64,000 nt of DNA from positions 744,001 through 808,000 of the forward strand of contig NW_025767546.1 of NCBI RefSeq assembly GCF_003918875.1. The letters are read 5' to 3'. The stretch comes from Haliotis rubra. Its lineage: Eukaryota. This document shows, one piece after another, positions 36,901 through 54,932 of the stretch. The first letter of the stretch is position 1; the number at the start of each line of letters is the position of its first letter. The position numbers and the translations under genes are program-made. Below the pieces are notes generated by a model. The model saw nothing but the letters and a program-made list of their open reading frames with translations. It made no database searches and was not told the DNA's origin.

Positions 36901-39705
36901 CGTGTTTAGTATATTTGACCCATTGGTCAAAGTGATTTGTTCCAATAACGGTCCTGTCTCATCCAAACTGCCCTTGACAATCGATCGTACCTACTAGTAT
37001 ATATCGGAAATAATGAGACCCGACATTAAATTTCCCCTCACTCACCAAACATGAAACCAACCCCACCCCACCCCACCCCGCAGTCACTCCCATCGAACTC
37101 CCACGCCGCACCCATTTCCCGGAACATATTATACATATAACGGTTCAGCAAAATATAATGTACCCAAGCCCTAAAGCTGAACGTGCTGATCATGCTATTT
37201 CGTAACCCATGTGAGAACTGATATTTAATCATTAATCTATAGTTACACGCCTTTGTACACAATAGTCGGGTAGTTAAACATGGGTTTCGGTCACGTCATC
37301 CTCGCGGCGAGGTAAAGGCGTGTGATTAAGCAGTGAATTATAGACACACAGGGTAGATAGGTGTTGTTGAATCACCGGTTAGGTCGCGTGAAAGGCAGGG
37401 ATCTTCTGTCAGTCCCTGGGTCGTCACTATGGAACAGGTTCCTCCCAGTAGGTGGCGCCACCACTGCGTACACCGCTTCTAAGACAGGTAACATATAGGG
37501 CTCAGGAGTCTTCTATAGTTTACAACTCGTCCCTGTCTGTCGCAGTTCAGTTTGCTGACAGCTATATTCATATCCAAAAAAGGATTTACAAATATTGGCT
37601 GAGACGAACAAAGTTCCCAAGCCTCGATACCCATCTATAAGCTTTGCATGACATACTATCAACATATGCTGTGTTACATATAACCCGGAATTCAAATGTT
37701 AGTCTAATATGTATTTATACTATTGAGCCAACTAATAAAGTTAAAGGGTATTGTTGCAGTGAGGTATTGTTCGTGTAGGTGTGATTAAACACGTCCTGAC
37801 CTTCTGCAGCGCGCTCGGCTTGTTGAGATTACGGGGTCTATTGTAAGCGGCCACGCTAACCGCTACTGGGTCAGTTCTCTGTGACCGACGACTATAGGAA
37901 CGCAGGTGTAGATATCCAAATATCACTTGTATTGTGGTTATTGTTTAAGAGCGTGAAAGACCCATGTACCATCTCGCTTAGGCCAATAGAAACCTGTAAT
38001 GTATTGCTGGGTTTGTTCAAGACAACATCCCACAATGCAACAGAAACATGTACAAATAACGCAACGGCAAGGGATTGCCTTGTAATGCATTAATGTTGCT
38101 GGCCGAAGGCTCACAAATGGTCTGTGTAGAGGGTATGTCTTCTAACAGCGCATACATGTAAAATGGGGAGCAAGAAGTTTCGTAGCCCTGTCCGTATAAG
38201 AAAGTATACTATTGAAACATGTTGAAAATTCAGTTTTGTAGACTTAAAGAACTTAATCCTGTCCCCACAGACTGAGGTTAAAGCTGAAGTCAGTTCCTTC
38301 CATCATGAATAAGTAACACTGGTCAAATTGGTGAGCATAATCAGAGTAATGATGGCTTTCAGTCGTATTGTATAACGGCTACTTAACGTTGTCACGAGCA
38401 TGTATGTATAGCCGGAAAGTCATGATCAGCGTTTGAATGATGCATGTTTTGCAGAAAAACCTCTTCCTTGAACATGAAAGTCGATTCGTGTAACGCTATC
38501 ACGATCGATGAAACACACGTATAGTTTACATTACACCAGTGTTTCTCTTTGAGTTGCTATTCTACCGGAAGTAGTTGCTACATTATGTATGTGAGTATAC
38601 CCTAGTGGATGCCGATATGCGTGCCGGAGGGTATATTGATCTAGGGATCTAAGTCGGTGATTTGTCTCAGCACGCAGTCAGGGGGGAAGTCAGGTCAGAA
38701 ACCCTTTGCCTCGCGATCAACCAATTCTGACTTCCGCTGTGATCCCAGCTCGCGAAGGTGAGGATGACGTGTACCAGAAGGCCCCGAGAATCTTACCACT
38801 TCACGAAGAACTTCAGTTTAGGAATTTGCTCTTGAGTGCCCCTAGGCCATAAAAACGACCTTAGTAGACACTCAAACAGTTATGGCACTGTTCGGTAAAA
38901 GAGTCGGTTTTGACAAGGATCCATAATTCAATGTTTTTAACTAAAGGGAAGCCCCTGTTTGCCGAAACGGTGTCGCTAAAGTTGCTGCCGAGACTGGATT
39001 AGTTTGTGCTGTTCGAGAGATAGCCAGGGGAGGCCCCAGTTCAGAGACTACAAATCCCTTTCACGTACAAAGTCCTTTACGAGTGTTGGTGATAACCATT
39101 GGTATTGTGATACGGAATGTAAGCTACTTCAAATCTAGTTTTCTTCATCTATAATAACGTGGTATGTGTGGATGAGAACAGTTCCTTTGACCCCTACAGT
39201 CAGACCGTCCGTCAACACACCGTCTCCCGAGAAGGGCGGGTATAGGGGTTATTGCTCGTTGAATCATCAGCTCACTCGGACAAATTAATACATTAAACCT
39301 TCACGATTGTAGTACAAACACTTATATCCGCACAAGTGCCTCTGAATCGAGGTTACGTGTCAGCAGGGATCTTGTGTCGCTCTCGTAAATTGTTTCATAT
39401 TCAACTTTTCCTCCTTGGCCATGTCAGAGACAACCGAAGGTAACCGAAGGCTCTTAAAACCTGATTCTCTGTTTCCTTGGTACATGCTCGTGACGTACAT
39501 ACACTTAGAGTAATTGATCAATCACTTAACCCTTATCTTCAATTATGAAATGTTCAAAGATCGAAATCCATCACATGTTCTTAAAGATCACGAACATATG
39601 CAAGGAAAGTTTCTTGTCAGTAAATATATACAAGTCATTAAACAAATATGAACTTGAAAACTGAATGTTTGAGTATAAAGCAAGTGAAGATGCTTAGTTA
39701 TGTTG

Positions 39706-39719
39706 GTTGCTAAGGCAAC
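39706..39719. promoter_or_regulatory. RFX X-box upstream of tektin copy 5
   Basis: GTTGCTAAGGCAAC; a second X-box-like GTTGCCATGGAGTC lies at 40212-40225. Confidence 0.45.
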
Positions 39720-40739
39720 AAGATCCCAGGGGTCTCGCGGGGGGTTCCAGCAAACCATCTGGAACGCACGGGGATTCGGGGGAAGAAAACAAGTAACATC
39801 TCTAGTGAATAGAACATTAATTATATAGATGTGACAGCAACGTGACAATACACAGCTCGTGTCATCTTCCGCTCATGTGACATCCGAACATGACGGAAGA
39901 GCGAGTGTGTTGTTTGTCTACTCAATGAACTTTCTTATCTGAACACACGCATCGATCAGCCGGGCTGTATACTTCACTATAATACATGATCAATGATAAA
40001 ATACATATTGATGAATTCACGATATTTGATTATTACCTCTGAAATATCCTTCGTTGTTCCCCACGTGTGTCGCCGCAGACCTTACAGAGGATCGCCCACG
40101 GTGAATTTGATTTCTCTTTATCATGTTTGGATATATGAGGCTCGCAACAGCAAGGGAGTAATTAGACAACGTTTCTGTTTAATTTTTCAAGCAAAGCTAG
40201 CAACGCCGTTTGTTGCCATGGAGTCAATTGAACACTTGATCGATACGATAGCCAGCTATGCAGCTGTGTTCCTAACTACCTATATATAATGTATAGTATC
40301 ATGGAACTAACAAATGTCTGATTATATTTACAGTGTTTGCATTAATCCCCACAAATATAAATATATATTTGGATTAAACGAACCGTGAAGAAAGCTTGCA
40401 ATACTTACGTCGATAACGTTTACACTTTACGATCGGTTCTTGGTGGCGATAGATCAGACTTCTCCTTGTATGAATCATTAAGTCTTCATTAAACTTCTCT
40501 CTCATCTATTTAATGATCACTGTTCCATTTACCTAAGACTTTGCACGTGCTACTTAGAAGTTTGACCATTGTAGCGAGGTATAGGTTTGGCGTTTTGAGT
40601 AGGTCTTGAGGGTCTCGTGTTGGACGACGTACTATCAAGAGATATATGACATGTTGATCTCCTTTCTGACAGAGGGCAATAAATCATGCAATACTTTATC
40701 ACCTCCCCCCAGCAACAGACGAGGGAGACCCCGATCTGT

Positions 40740-41085
40740 AGTCTGGAGAGCTGACGTCACTTGAAAATAATCAAGATATTGTTATGTCAGGTCCCGATGA
40801 GCAGATGGCACTTGGGCAAAGGGCGGCAAATATTTCAAGAGGCCTGAACTTATGTAAGACAAATCTGCTTAAATGTCATTTAAAAATAAAAAATTCACTT
40901 TCACCGGAAGTGGAAGTGATATTGCGCGCGCTGTTCACGTGACTTGTTGCTAGGAAGTCTCTGTGTCAACATGGTTGCTCGGGCAGATTAGGTTTGCAGA
41001 CGACAGAAATCATTTTGTTTGACTACAGCAGAGCACATCAGACGTTGTGTTGATATTGCTTAAGCTATTCAGCAGCCATGAGTCG
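40740..41085 (+). promoter_or_regulatory. Putative promoter and first exon of tektin copy 5
   Basis: CRE at 40752-40759, ETS-like CCGGAAGT, E-box CACGTG and X-box half sites, then GCC-ATGAGTCG|GTGAGT donor (41078-41085), which splices in frame onto CAG|C-ATG at 44392. Confidence 0.55.
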
Positions 41086-42907
41086 GTGAGTCTTTATGTC
41101 ACTCATTGTAGTACATAGCAGGTGTTGTCTAACGTTGACCACTGCTAAAGAGGGCACCAATGGCCATCAGTGTTTTACTTCAACATTTTACCATTGGTGA
41201 ATGCCAGTTGTAATATACAACCTTATGGCGATCTGTTCATGTCGCCATGACTTGATAATAATTTTGTAGATGACATTTGATTGAATTTCATGGGAGGGAA
41301 CCTACTCCTACATTTGAATGTCTGCAGTCGACATTACCATCGACGGTGTTAGGTTATGAATAAAACAACGCTGTGGAAGTAGGGATGATGAAGCTTTGCT
41401 GTCAGATAAGATGGTGTAGATAAGGATGTTGTGTATCCATGGCGTCCCTCGTGACATCTCATGCAGTGATGCTTGTGGTCGATCATCTAACATACCGATA
41501 TCAACCTGTCGCTGTAGCAGGTTTTGTTGTTGTGCACGTCTTGATGTCAGATTGCCACATCTGCAGATACAGGGGACGATACGCCTTGGCTTCAGTCCCA
41601 GAACGACCTGCTTATGTACAAAGGATAATGTTACCTGGCTGGTGCTGGTGTTAGCTTAATGTCATCCGAGATAAGAAAAATACTTCATGGATGATATTCT
41701 AGAAAAGGACAGCACTTCAGATATGTTATTCGAGAAATTGGAAATGATTCAAATATGAAATGAAAACTACAAGTACTTCAAATACGATATTCGAGAAATG
41801 GAAGATATGTTATTCTGGTAATTCGAGAACATGAAAACTGATGGTCTTCAGCCATGTTTTTCGAGAAATGAAAATATTTTTTACGCTTTTATACTTGATC
41901 TTATCTTAAGTAAGCCGTGTAAAATAAATCATATCGTTAACCGAACATTGTTATAAATGACATACCAGTTATCTAACTACATGTATAGCGTAACCAATCT
42001 GTGTTCAGGCTGTCTTAGTGTAGCACCACACCCCGGAGCCTCAATGTCAGATATGCCATTGCACGTCAGATCACGTTAATGGATCCTAAAGTTCAGACAT
42101 GAAACATATAAGATGAGTGGGCGGGGATTAAAAATTTCCTATCGTGTATTTTCTGTTGGCAAATTTTGTGTTTAAAGAAATTTTCGAAGTAGGTCAGTAA
42201 TTCAAATCAAATTACTTACAGGTCACCTCTTCAACCCTCCGTGATATTGCTGAAATATTGCTCAAAGCGATGTAAAACTTAACTCACCTCTTCAACCATT
42301 AAATACCATCTAAATGAAATCACACAACACTATGTATTTTTCAATTTTGACTTCCACCATTATCATTTAATTATAATTTGATTTGTTTATTTAACTTAAG
42401 CATTTTCACGGTTTTGCATAATGATATATTCAAGAGAATAGAGCAGCTTGACCAAAGCTTATTGATGTAGTCTCTTTTTCAATATCCACCATTATCATGC
42501 TTAGTCTGTCTTACGAAATAACCAATGAATTGAACTAGAATGTAGAAGCCTAATATTGAAAGTTGGACGTGTTCTATCTAGTTCAATATCGATTTGATGG
42601 CCATCCAGCGTGACTGCCCTGACAGAGCTTGAACTGATCATAGAGACAAGACATTTCATATATATTTGTTTGTGGAAACCTTTCTCGGTGCATGTGTACC
42701 TGATGTCGAGTGATGCTCTTAGTGAGGCAGGTCGTGTCTCTCCATCATGGCTGGCTGGTTCACGATAAACGTATCTTTGAACATACCGCGTAAAACATAT
42801 GACAATGAACGGCTAGGTAGAATCAGTACTGGAGAATTCTTGCTGTGTTCGATTTGATCGATTGGTAGATGTAATCGGTATAGGAATAAACTAATTACAG
42901 TCGTTTA

Positions 42908-43650
42908 AATGCTGGTTGTGAGGCAGCCAGTGACTGTGTCAAGTGGAGGCATGGAGAGCAGCAATTGCCGGCTGTAATGCTGGTTGTGAGGCAGCCAGTG
43001 ACTGTGTCAAGTGGAGGCATGGAGAGCAGCAATTGCCGGCTGTAATGCTGGTTGTGAGGCAGCCAGTGACTGTGTGATGCTGGTTGTCAAGTGGAGGCAT
43101 GGAGAGGCAGCAATTGCCGGCTGTAATGCTGGTTGTGAGGCAGCCAGTGACTGTGTCAAGTGGAGGCATGGAGAGCAGCAATTGCCGGCTGTAATGCTGG
43201 TTGTGAGGCAGCCAGTGACTGTGTCAAGTGGAGGCATGGAGAGCAGCAATTGCCGGCTGTAATGCTGGTTGTGAGGCAGCCAGTGACTGTGTCAAGTGGA
43301 GGCATGGAGAGCAGCAATTGCCGGCTGTAATGCTGGTTGTGAGGCAGCCATTGCCGGCTGTAATGCTGTGAGGCAGCCAAGTGTGTCGGGTGGAGGCATG
43401 GAGAGCAGCAATTGCCGGCTGTAATGCTGGTTGTGAGGCAGCCAGTGACTGTGTCAAGTGGAGGCATGGAGAGCAGCAATTGCCGGCTGTAATGCTGGTT
43501 GTGAGGCAGCCAGTGACTGTGTCAAGTGGAGGCATGGAGAGCAGCAATTGCCGGCTGTAATGCTGGTTGTGAGGCAGCCAGTGACTGTGTCAAGTGGAGG
43601 CATGGGACTCAACCGGTGAGAGCAGCAATTGCCGGCTGTAATGCTGGTTG
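42908..43650. repeat. 68-bp minisatellite, about 11 copies
   Basis: Unit GCTGGTTGTGAGGCAGCCAGTGACTGTGTCAAGTGGAGGCATGGAGAGCAGCAATTGCCGGCTGTAAT. Confidence 0.97.
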
Positions 43651-44029
43651 TAACAATGTTATCAGGAGGGACTCAACCGGTGTTATGCGGGCTTAAAGAC
43701 TTAGGTTGGGTCAATCCTGAACAATTGTCCAACCTACACAATGTCACGTATCAGTAATCCCTGGCTAGTGGACCGACTTATTGTGTTCACAAAAAGCAAA
43801 TTACTGATAACTTTGAAAATTTAATAAAAACTCCTTGTATTCTGAGGCAATCTCATTTTCATCGGTCTTTTTTTTCGTTTGAGGCAAATACGGTCATCAT
43901 GGCCCATTGTAAACGTCAGAAACTGAATTTGTTAACTGTTTTCAGTAATATATTGCATGTCTTAACGTGCAGGTGTTGTGCATACTTATATGGAGTATAT
44001 GATGATTCCTCAATATATTTAGGAGGATT

Positions 44030-44190
44030 TGTTTGTTTGTTTGTTGTTTAACGCCGCACTCAGCAATATTCCAGCTATATGGCGGCGGTCTGCAAGTTAT
44101 TGAATCGCGCCTCACCCCAGATCTCGTCAGTCGCCTCTTCCGACAAGCATGGGTTGCTGAAGACCAATTCTAACCCGTATCTTTACGGTC
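44030..44190 (-). mobile_element. Internally deleted SINE
   Basis: Same family as 328-570 (ACGCCGCACTCAGCAATATTCCAGCTATAT...GACAAGCATGGGTT) with a (TTTG)n tail. Confidence 0.75.
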
Positions 44191-44392
44191 GGATGAACAC
44201 GCAGGTTCTAAACATACGTATATTGAGATTCCACTGGTTCCACAACATATTAAGGATGACCCCTCAGGTGTTTCGCGCACCTGTATAGAGAGTACGCGAG
44301 CTCCACAATATGTTTAAGAGGAACTATGACATATTTGTTTGTCTCCTTGTTGGTGTTAGCTGTAACTTATGTGACCCCTGATCTCCTTCAGC

Positions 44393-49229
<4,837 letters not shown>

Positions 49230-51053
49230 GGACATACACACCAACCTAGGACTTTCATAATTGTGCTCAATTTCTACCCAAGGAAATTTGAACAATTTGC
49301 ATCTTGTTATCATACAGCACTGTTACATCTGAGGTCAGCGGACCCATTTGAAGGATACGCGTGGAAGCGTATCGTGTTTTTGCAAAAAATTTGGTACTTG
49401 TGAACATGTCTGTTTTCTCACGCTATAGTCTTTGTATTGCCCGACACCTTCTGGTCTCAAGCCTTCAAACAATAGTCAGCGGAGGTCTGATGGACTGACT
49501 CCTACTGAACCATGTGATAACCTGTATATACAGACAATTGCTGTGATATATAAACCCATATGTGAGCCCAGTAACCCATACCAAGTCGGTGTTTTTATTT
49601 GTTGTTCTCGGGCAGAGAGGAATCTAATCTATAAAATTCATACTGTTTAAAGTTTCTAAAATAATTTGTTACCAGAGTTTAAGCATGTGTATTTCTTTGT
49701 AGTAACTGCATCTGTGTTTGTTTGGAATCATGTTGATTTATCGTATCCTTAGTGTGCCGTGAGTAGAATATTGCCCGATCAAAATCATTTTTAGCTAGAA
49801 TATGGCGCTTTGCCACCAACCCCAGTCACTTGCTCATACCATCATTACAATCTGTTCAGAATTTGGTAAAGTGCACCGGAAGAGTTCAGTATTTTGTCCA
49901 TGTCCGTTTACCAACAGGATTATGCCTAAATAAATCTTGCCAATTGAAGGTGTACATGACAAACATTGTCGCAATCGACACCATATTGTCTTTCACGTAC
50001 AACCATCGAAACTGACCGGCATCAGTGGAACAAATTGTAAGGCTTGCCGTCTTGCTATGGACATCCGGTGACTTCTGCGCATGACCAGCTGACATGCGCA
50101 GACACAAATTCTGTCTTTTTCGTCATTTAACTATGAAACCGCATCAGTATTACAGTTTTCATACAGTGACTAAATGTTCCAAGGGCTGGCGTTTCACTGC
50201 ATTGTTTATGTTGATGTTTACTGTTGTTTTGTTGGTCTATATTTGTACAATATTATTGCTTGGAATCTGGAGGTTTGTTTGTAAAATATCCACCCCTGAA
50301 AACTCTTGACATTTGTACAGCTAACGTTTGCACAATAAATTTAACTTATCAGAAAAATATAATTTGTCTTATTTCAGTACACGTCAGTATATTCTTGATT
50401 TGTTCATGCGTGTTACCAGACCTACAATACCGGCTTGAGCGGAATCTGAGAGTTTTACTGGGAGCAGAATAATTAATTTTTGTCACCGCTGCTAGATATA
50501 CATTTACCATTCCTGGTTCACAAAATTCTTTCCTCGTCCACCATGCTCACCGAACATTTTTATATACTCGAGAATTTTCAAAGAATAAATGTAATGTCTC
50601 TTTTTAAACCACGACTTTTCAGCGTCCTAATGGTGGCCGCACAGTATTACTACAGCACGTCACGGGTTCATTAGAACACCACGGGTAACACAATTGTTCC
50701 CGGAAAAACAATCACCATAAAGCATGTCGGCATTTTGTGAACATGACATCTGTTGGTCGCAGAGGATTACTTGTGTTAAATAGTTTGTCGATAGCTAATT
50801 AATGTTGCAAGAGCAGTCGATTATCAAGTCAACTATATGTTAACTAGAATCAATACATTAGAAATCAAGTGAAATGAATGCTCTGAGACACTTTACTGCT
50901 GATAGAAATTAACCGTTTAGCTAGAGAGTGAAGACAATCGTGCAAACAGATCCCTTGCAAACTGTTACGAATAGTTGTCTTCAGATAGTATGTAAAGGGG
51001 CGCAACTCGTGAGTCTTGGATGGCCCTTCAACGAAGCCTCTCACGGCGATATA

Positions 51054-51582
51054 TATTCTGACGCTTAGCCACTGAATAATTAATATATAATTCTGAGAGC
51101 AACAAATAATTCCATATCAATTAATAAAAGAGCTCCAGAACCTGAGGAAATGTACACTTGCTTCATTTAGGGCTTTAGCATTGCAGGGTGGGCTACACAG
51201 TCTGGGAGGGCTTTAGCATTGCAGGGTGGGCTACACAGTCTGGGAGGACTTTAGCATTGCAGGGTGGGCTACACAGTCTAGGAGGACTTTAGCATTGCAG
51301 GGTGGGCTACACAGTCTGGGAGGACTTTAGCATTGCAGGGTGGGCTACACAGTCTGGGAGGACTTTAGCATTGCAGGGTGGGCTACATAGTCCGGGATGA
51401 TTTTAGCATTGCAGGGTGAGCTACACTGTCTGGGAGGACTTTAGCATTGCAGGGTGGGCTACACAGTCTGGGAGGGCTTTAGCATTGCAGGGTGGGCTAC
51501 ACAGTCTGGGAGGGCTTTAGCATTGCAGGGTGGGCTACACAGTCGGGAAAACTATGTGGTTCAGGGACTGTTAGACAGACTA
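51054..51582. mobile_element. 9-bp-TSD MITE (same family as 20538-20735, opposite orientation) with an internal 39-bp array
   Basis: TSD GGCGATATA/GGCGATACA (51045-51053, 51583-51591); terminus GGTTCAGGGACTGTTAGACAGACTA matches the 20.5-kb element. Confidence 0.85.
51170..51545. repeat. 39-bp minisatellite, about 9.5 copies
   Basis: Unit GGGCTTTAGCATTGCAGGGTGGGCTACACAGTCTGGGAG. Confidence 0.97.
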
Positions 51583-51856
51583 GGCGATACACCGTTCGCA
51601 GAGGTCTCCACAATGTCACAATGACGAAAGTGCACCCTGCCATGTGAGTAAGAGATATACATGAAGCAAAAGTCCTTGATTTGGGATGACAAACTCAAAA
51701 ACTGATTCTCTAGTTAGCTCCAAGGGTACAAATCGATTATATATCTGATGTTCTTCATATACAAACACACTCACGCGAAATATATAGCTAAAAATGCGTG
51801 GCAGATGTAAGGTTTAGTGACAGACTGTAGGCACATATAACACACTTATTATTGTA

Positions 51857-53550
51857 CACTCTTAAAAAAAACCGCACAGCTGATTTTGAGAATATTGGAT
51901 TAATGTAGCTGCGGCAAAAACAATATAAATATCCTATTTCTTTCCAAAACGTCATCTTTGTGTGATTGTAAACAGCTTCAGCGCAAAAACGCGGCAATTG
52001 TAACTTTTCCCCTTATTTTAGAAGCGTTTGAAGAAATATTCGCCAAAACGTCACCAAGAAAACACGCATGGCAAAATGCACGTGCAAGTAAACGGAAAAG
52101 CATGCGGCATTGATCACTATAAAAAGGCAAACGTTGTGTTTAATCTTGTCATTCGTTTTTGCCTGGAAAAGAGGAAATCATCATGCCACGACTGAGTGCC
52201 GCCAATCGAAACATCGCCATAGGCCGCCTTGAAGCTGGGGAGTCGCAGTCTGCAGTTGCCCGACATTTCAACGTTCATCAGAACACCCTATCTCGCCCTT
52301 TGGGCAGTTTCCTGCAGACCAATTCCGACCAAGATCGCCCGAGAAGCGTCTGTGCAAGAGTTGCCACCCAGGGCCAGGATCGTTACATCTGGGTTGTTCA
52401 CTTGCGTCATTCTCTTACCCAGATGTGGAGACTGCACAACGCATCCCTGGTTTGAGAAGATTTCCGACCAAATTGCGTGAAGTGGGGATTCGACCAAGAA
52501 GGCCAGTTGTCGCCCCTGTTGTGACAGAGTTCCATCGGCGCCAATGTCGTAGATTCCACAACTGGCACCTTAGAAAGTGCCATCAGAGAACGTTCATCAG
52601 AGCACCATATCTCGCCTTTGGGATCGTTTCCTGCCGACCAATTCCGCCCAGGATCGCCCGAGAAGCGGCCGTCCAAGAGTTACCACCCAACACACATCCG
52701 GTTTGCTCACTTGCGTCATCGTCTTGCCACAGCCGTGGAGGCTGCACGACGCATCCCTGGTCTACTGGCAGGAATCGATTGCGTTAAGAGGGGATTCGAC
52801 CAAGAAGGCCAGTTGTCGCCCCTGTTTTGATAGACTTCCATTCGGCGCAGTAGATTGGGGTGGTTCTGGTTCTGTGATGAATCACGATTTCTTCTTCACC
52901 GGCGAGATGGAAGACAGCGTGTTTACCGTAGGCGAAATGAAAGGTTTTGCCCCTTATTGCATTCGACATGTATCGGATGCGATTTCCAGCACACAAAGAT
53001 CTCATTTAGTGGTGGTCAAGGGGAATCTGACAGCAAATCGGTTCATCAATGAAGTCCTTGCACGTCAGATGCTTTCGATTATGGACCGACAGAGGGAGCT
53101 GTTATAGCATGACAACGTTACTTCGCATAGCACGCGGCACGGTCCGCTACCTTGCCAATTCTAACGTCAGTGTCTTGCCATGGCCTTCCCGATCACCAGA
53201 TCGAACCCGATAGAACACCTATGGGATAAACTCGATCGACGTGTACATCAACGTAAAACACGCCTCAGACATTTCCACAACTGGCCATCGAATTACAGTA
53301 AGAGTGGGGAAGAATTTCTCAAGAGCGACTTCGTCAACTTATCCAGACCGCAGTAATTGCTGCCAATGATAGCCATACAAACTATTGACTTTGACGCCAT
53401 CTTGTGGACTCAAGTAAACAGAAAACGGAAACACAACAATAAAGGGTACCAATAGACGCGTGAAGTTTCACCTTGTGTCCATTGAAATTACGCGAAATAA
53501 TTGCCCTTAAACTTCGAGAAAATAATCGAAGCAATGAGAACTTTCGCTTT
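51857..53550 (+). mobile_element. Tc1/mariner relic, same family as 4465-5570, with internal duplication
   Basis: TA followed by CACTCTTAAAAAAAACCGCA; MPRLSAANRNIAIGRLEAGESQSAVARHFNVHQ; about 52580-52830 repeats about 52270-52550; DESRF and WPSRSPD motifs; disrupted. Right end is approximate. Confidence 0.9.
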
Positions 53551-54932
53551 TAAAAAGAATTAATTTTGCCTCAAAGGGGCAGTATTAAGCTTTCGTAATT
53601 CATGTATGCTAGTAGAATCAGTAAGTCTTAGATTAAAAGAAAGATCTTAGTCCACTGTTCTTGACAGTTTTCCAAATCAGGAATTACATCTAGCACGCCC
53701 ATGTGTGGCGTTAGCAAGTGCAAACTGTGGTTAGATGTGAATTCTGACATAGACGTTCTTGCATAGGGTGTTTACCGTCACTCATTCACACCAGTGCTCA
53801 GATCGCCTTATTGGACAAACCCAGTCACGCGCTGAAACCAAGACCGCCTAATTGCTTGGCCTCATATGACATGTGAACCACAGGTGACCGATAGAGGATA
53901 TGTCTTCATTTTGTCGAACAACCCCGCTTGTTTACTATAAAGACAGCATACATGCACACTGTGTTTTAGCAAGTGCATGGTCAGATGTAACATATGTTAT
54001 ATTTAGGTTACCATGTACAGGCGATGTAGTGCCTCACTCTGAGAGTGTGGGTTTGAATCCAGTTGGGATCATCAACGTTAGGTCTGATTATTTGGAGGAT
54101 CTCGTGAGATAGTAAAGTCCAATGAATTGCTTGAATACATGCCTAGTTCTCTATCAGTATCAGAAACCTCTGTCGGCCAACGTTTTGTTTTGTCAAGGCA
54201 GGCATCTATTTATTTAAATACGGTAGATTCTTTCATGAAGATACGACGTGTAATTTGAATAGAACGTGTGTAGTTTGCATTAACTGTTGTAAGGAGACAT
54301 AAGTCAACATGTCATTGTGCTATAACACGAAGAAAATTAGAATTCATTTCTTCAGTCTTAATTAGGTTTATTCAACATAATATAAATGTTACAAAATAAA
54401 ACATAAACATCTTGAACAATCTACAACATTTAAATAACGTTTGTGTATAAATATATTTATAAATATATAGCATAACATCCTTTAGCATGTTTTTTGTCCA
54501 TGTATGAAAAGAAACTTCTATGAATGAATCGGGTTTAAATCGTGAAGCAAAAGTGTTTTAAGTTGAAGGTTGAAGCATAGGGATAACGGAAGATACACAG
54601 GTGTGGCTCGAGCTTGCTCGGTCCAGCGATAATACAAGCAGATGGAAGGGTTCTTTCATCAAGTAAAATTATGTATTTCACTGCATCAGATTTCAACGGG
54701 AGATAATTTGGTGCTGAAGATGAGCTACAGGTTTGGAAGTGTAGCTTGTACTTGAACATACGTGTGAGTCTAGATGACCAGGGGACGGCAGGTGTTAGAG
54801 CAAGGGGATCATCAGGATGGTATTGAGGATGATGGAAGAAGGATGGTTTTGACGGAAAGATTGTGGAGGCATTTGATTTACCTTCTTTTCAATGTCACAT
54901 CCAGTCCATCCTGTCTAATTCTCCTAATCCAT

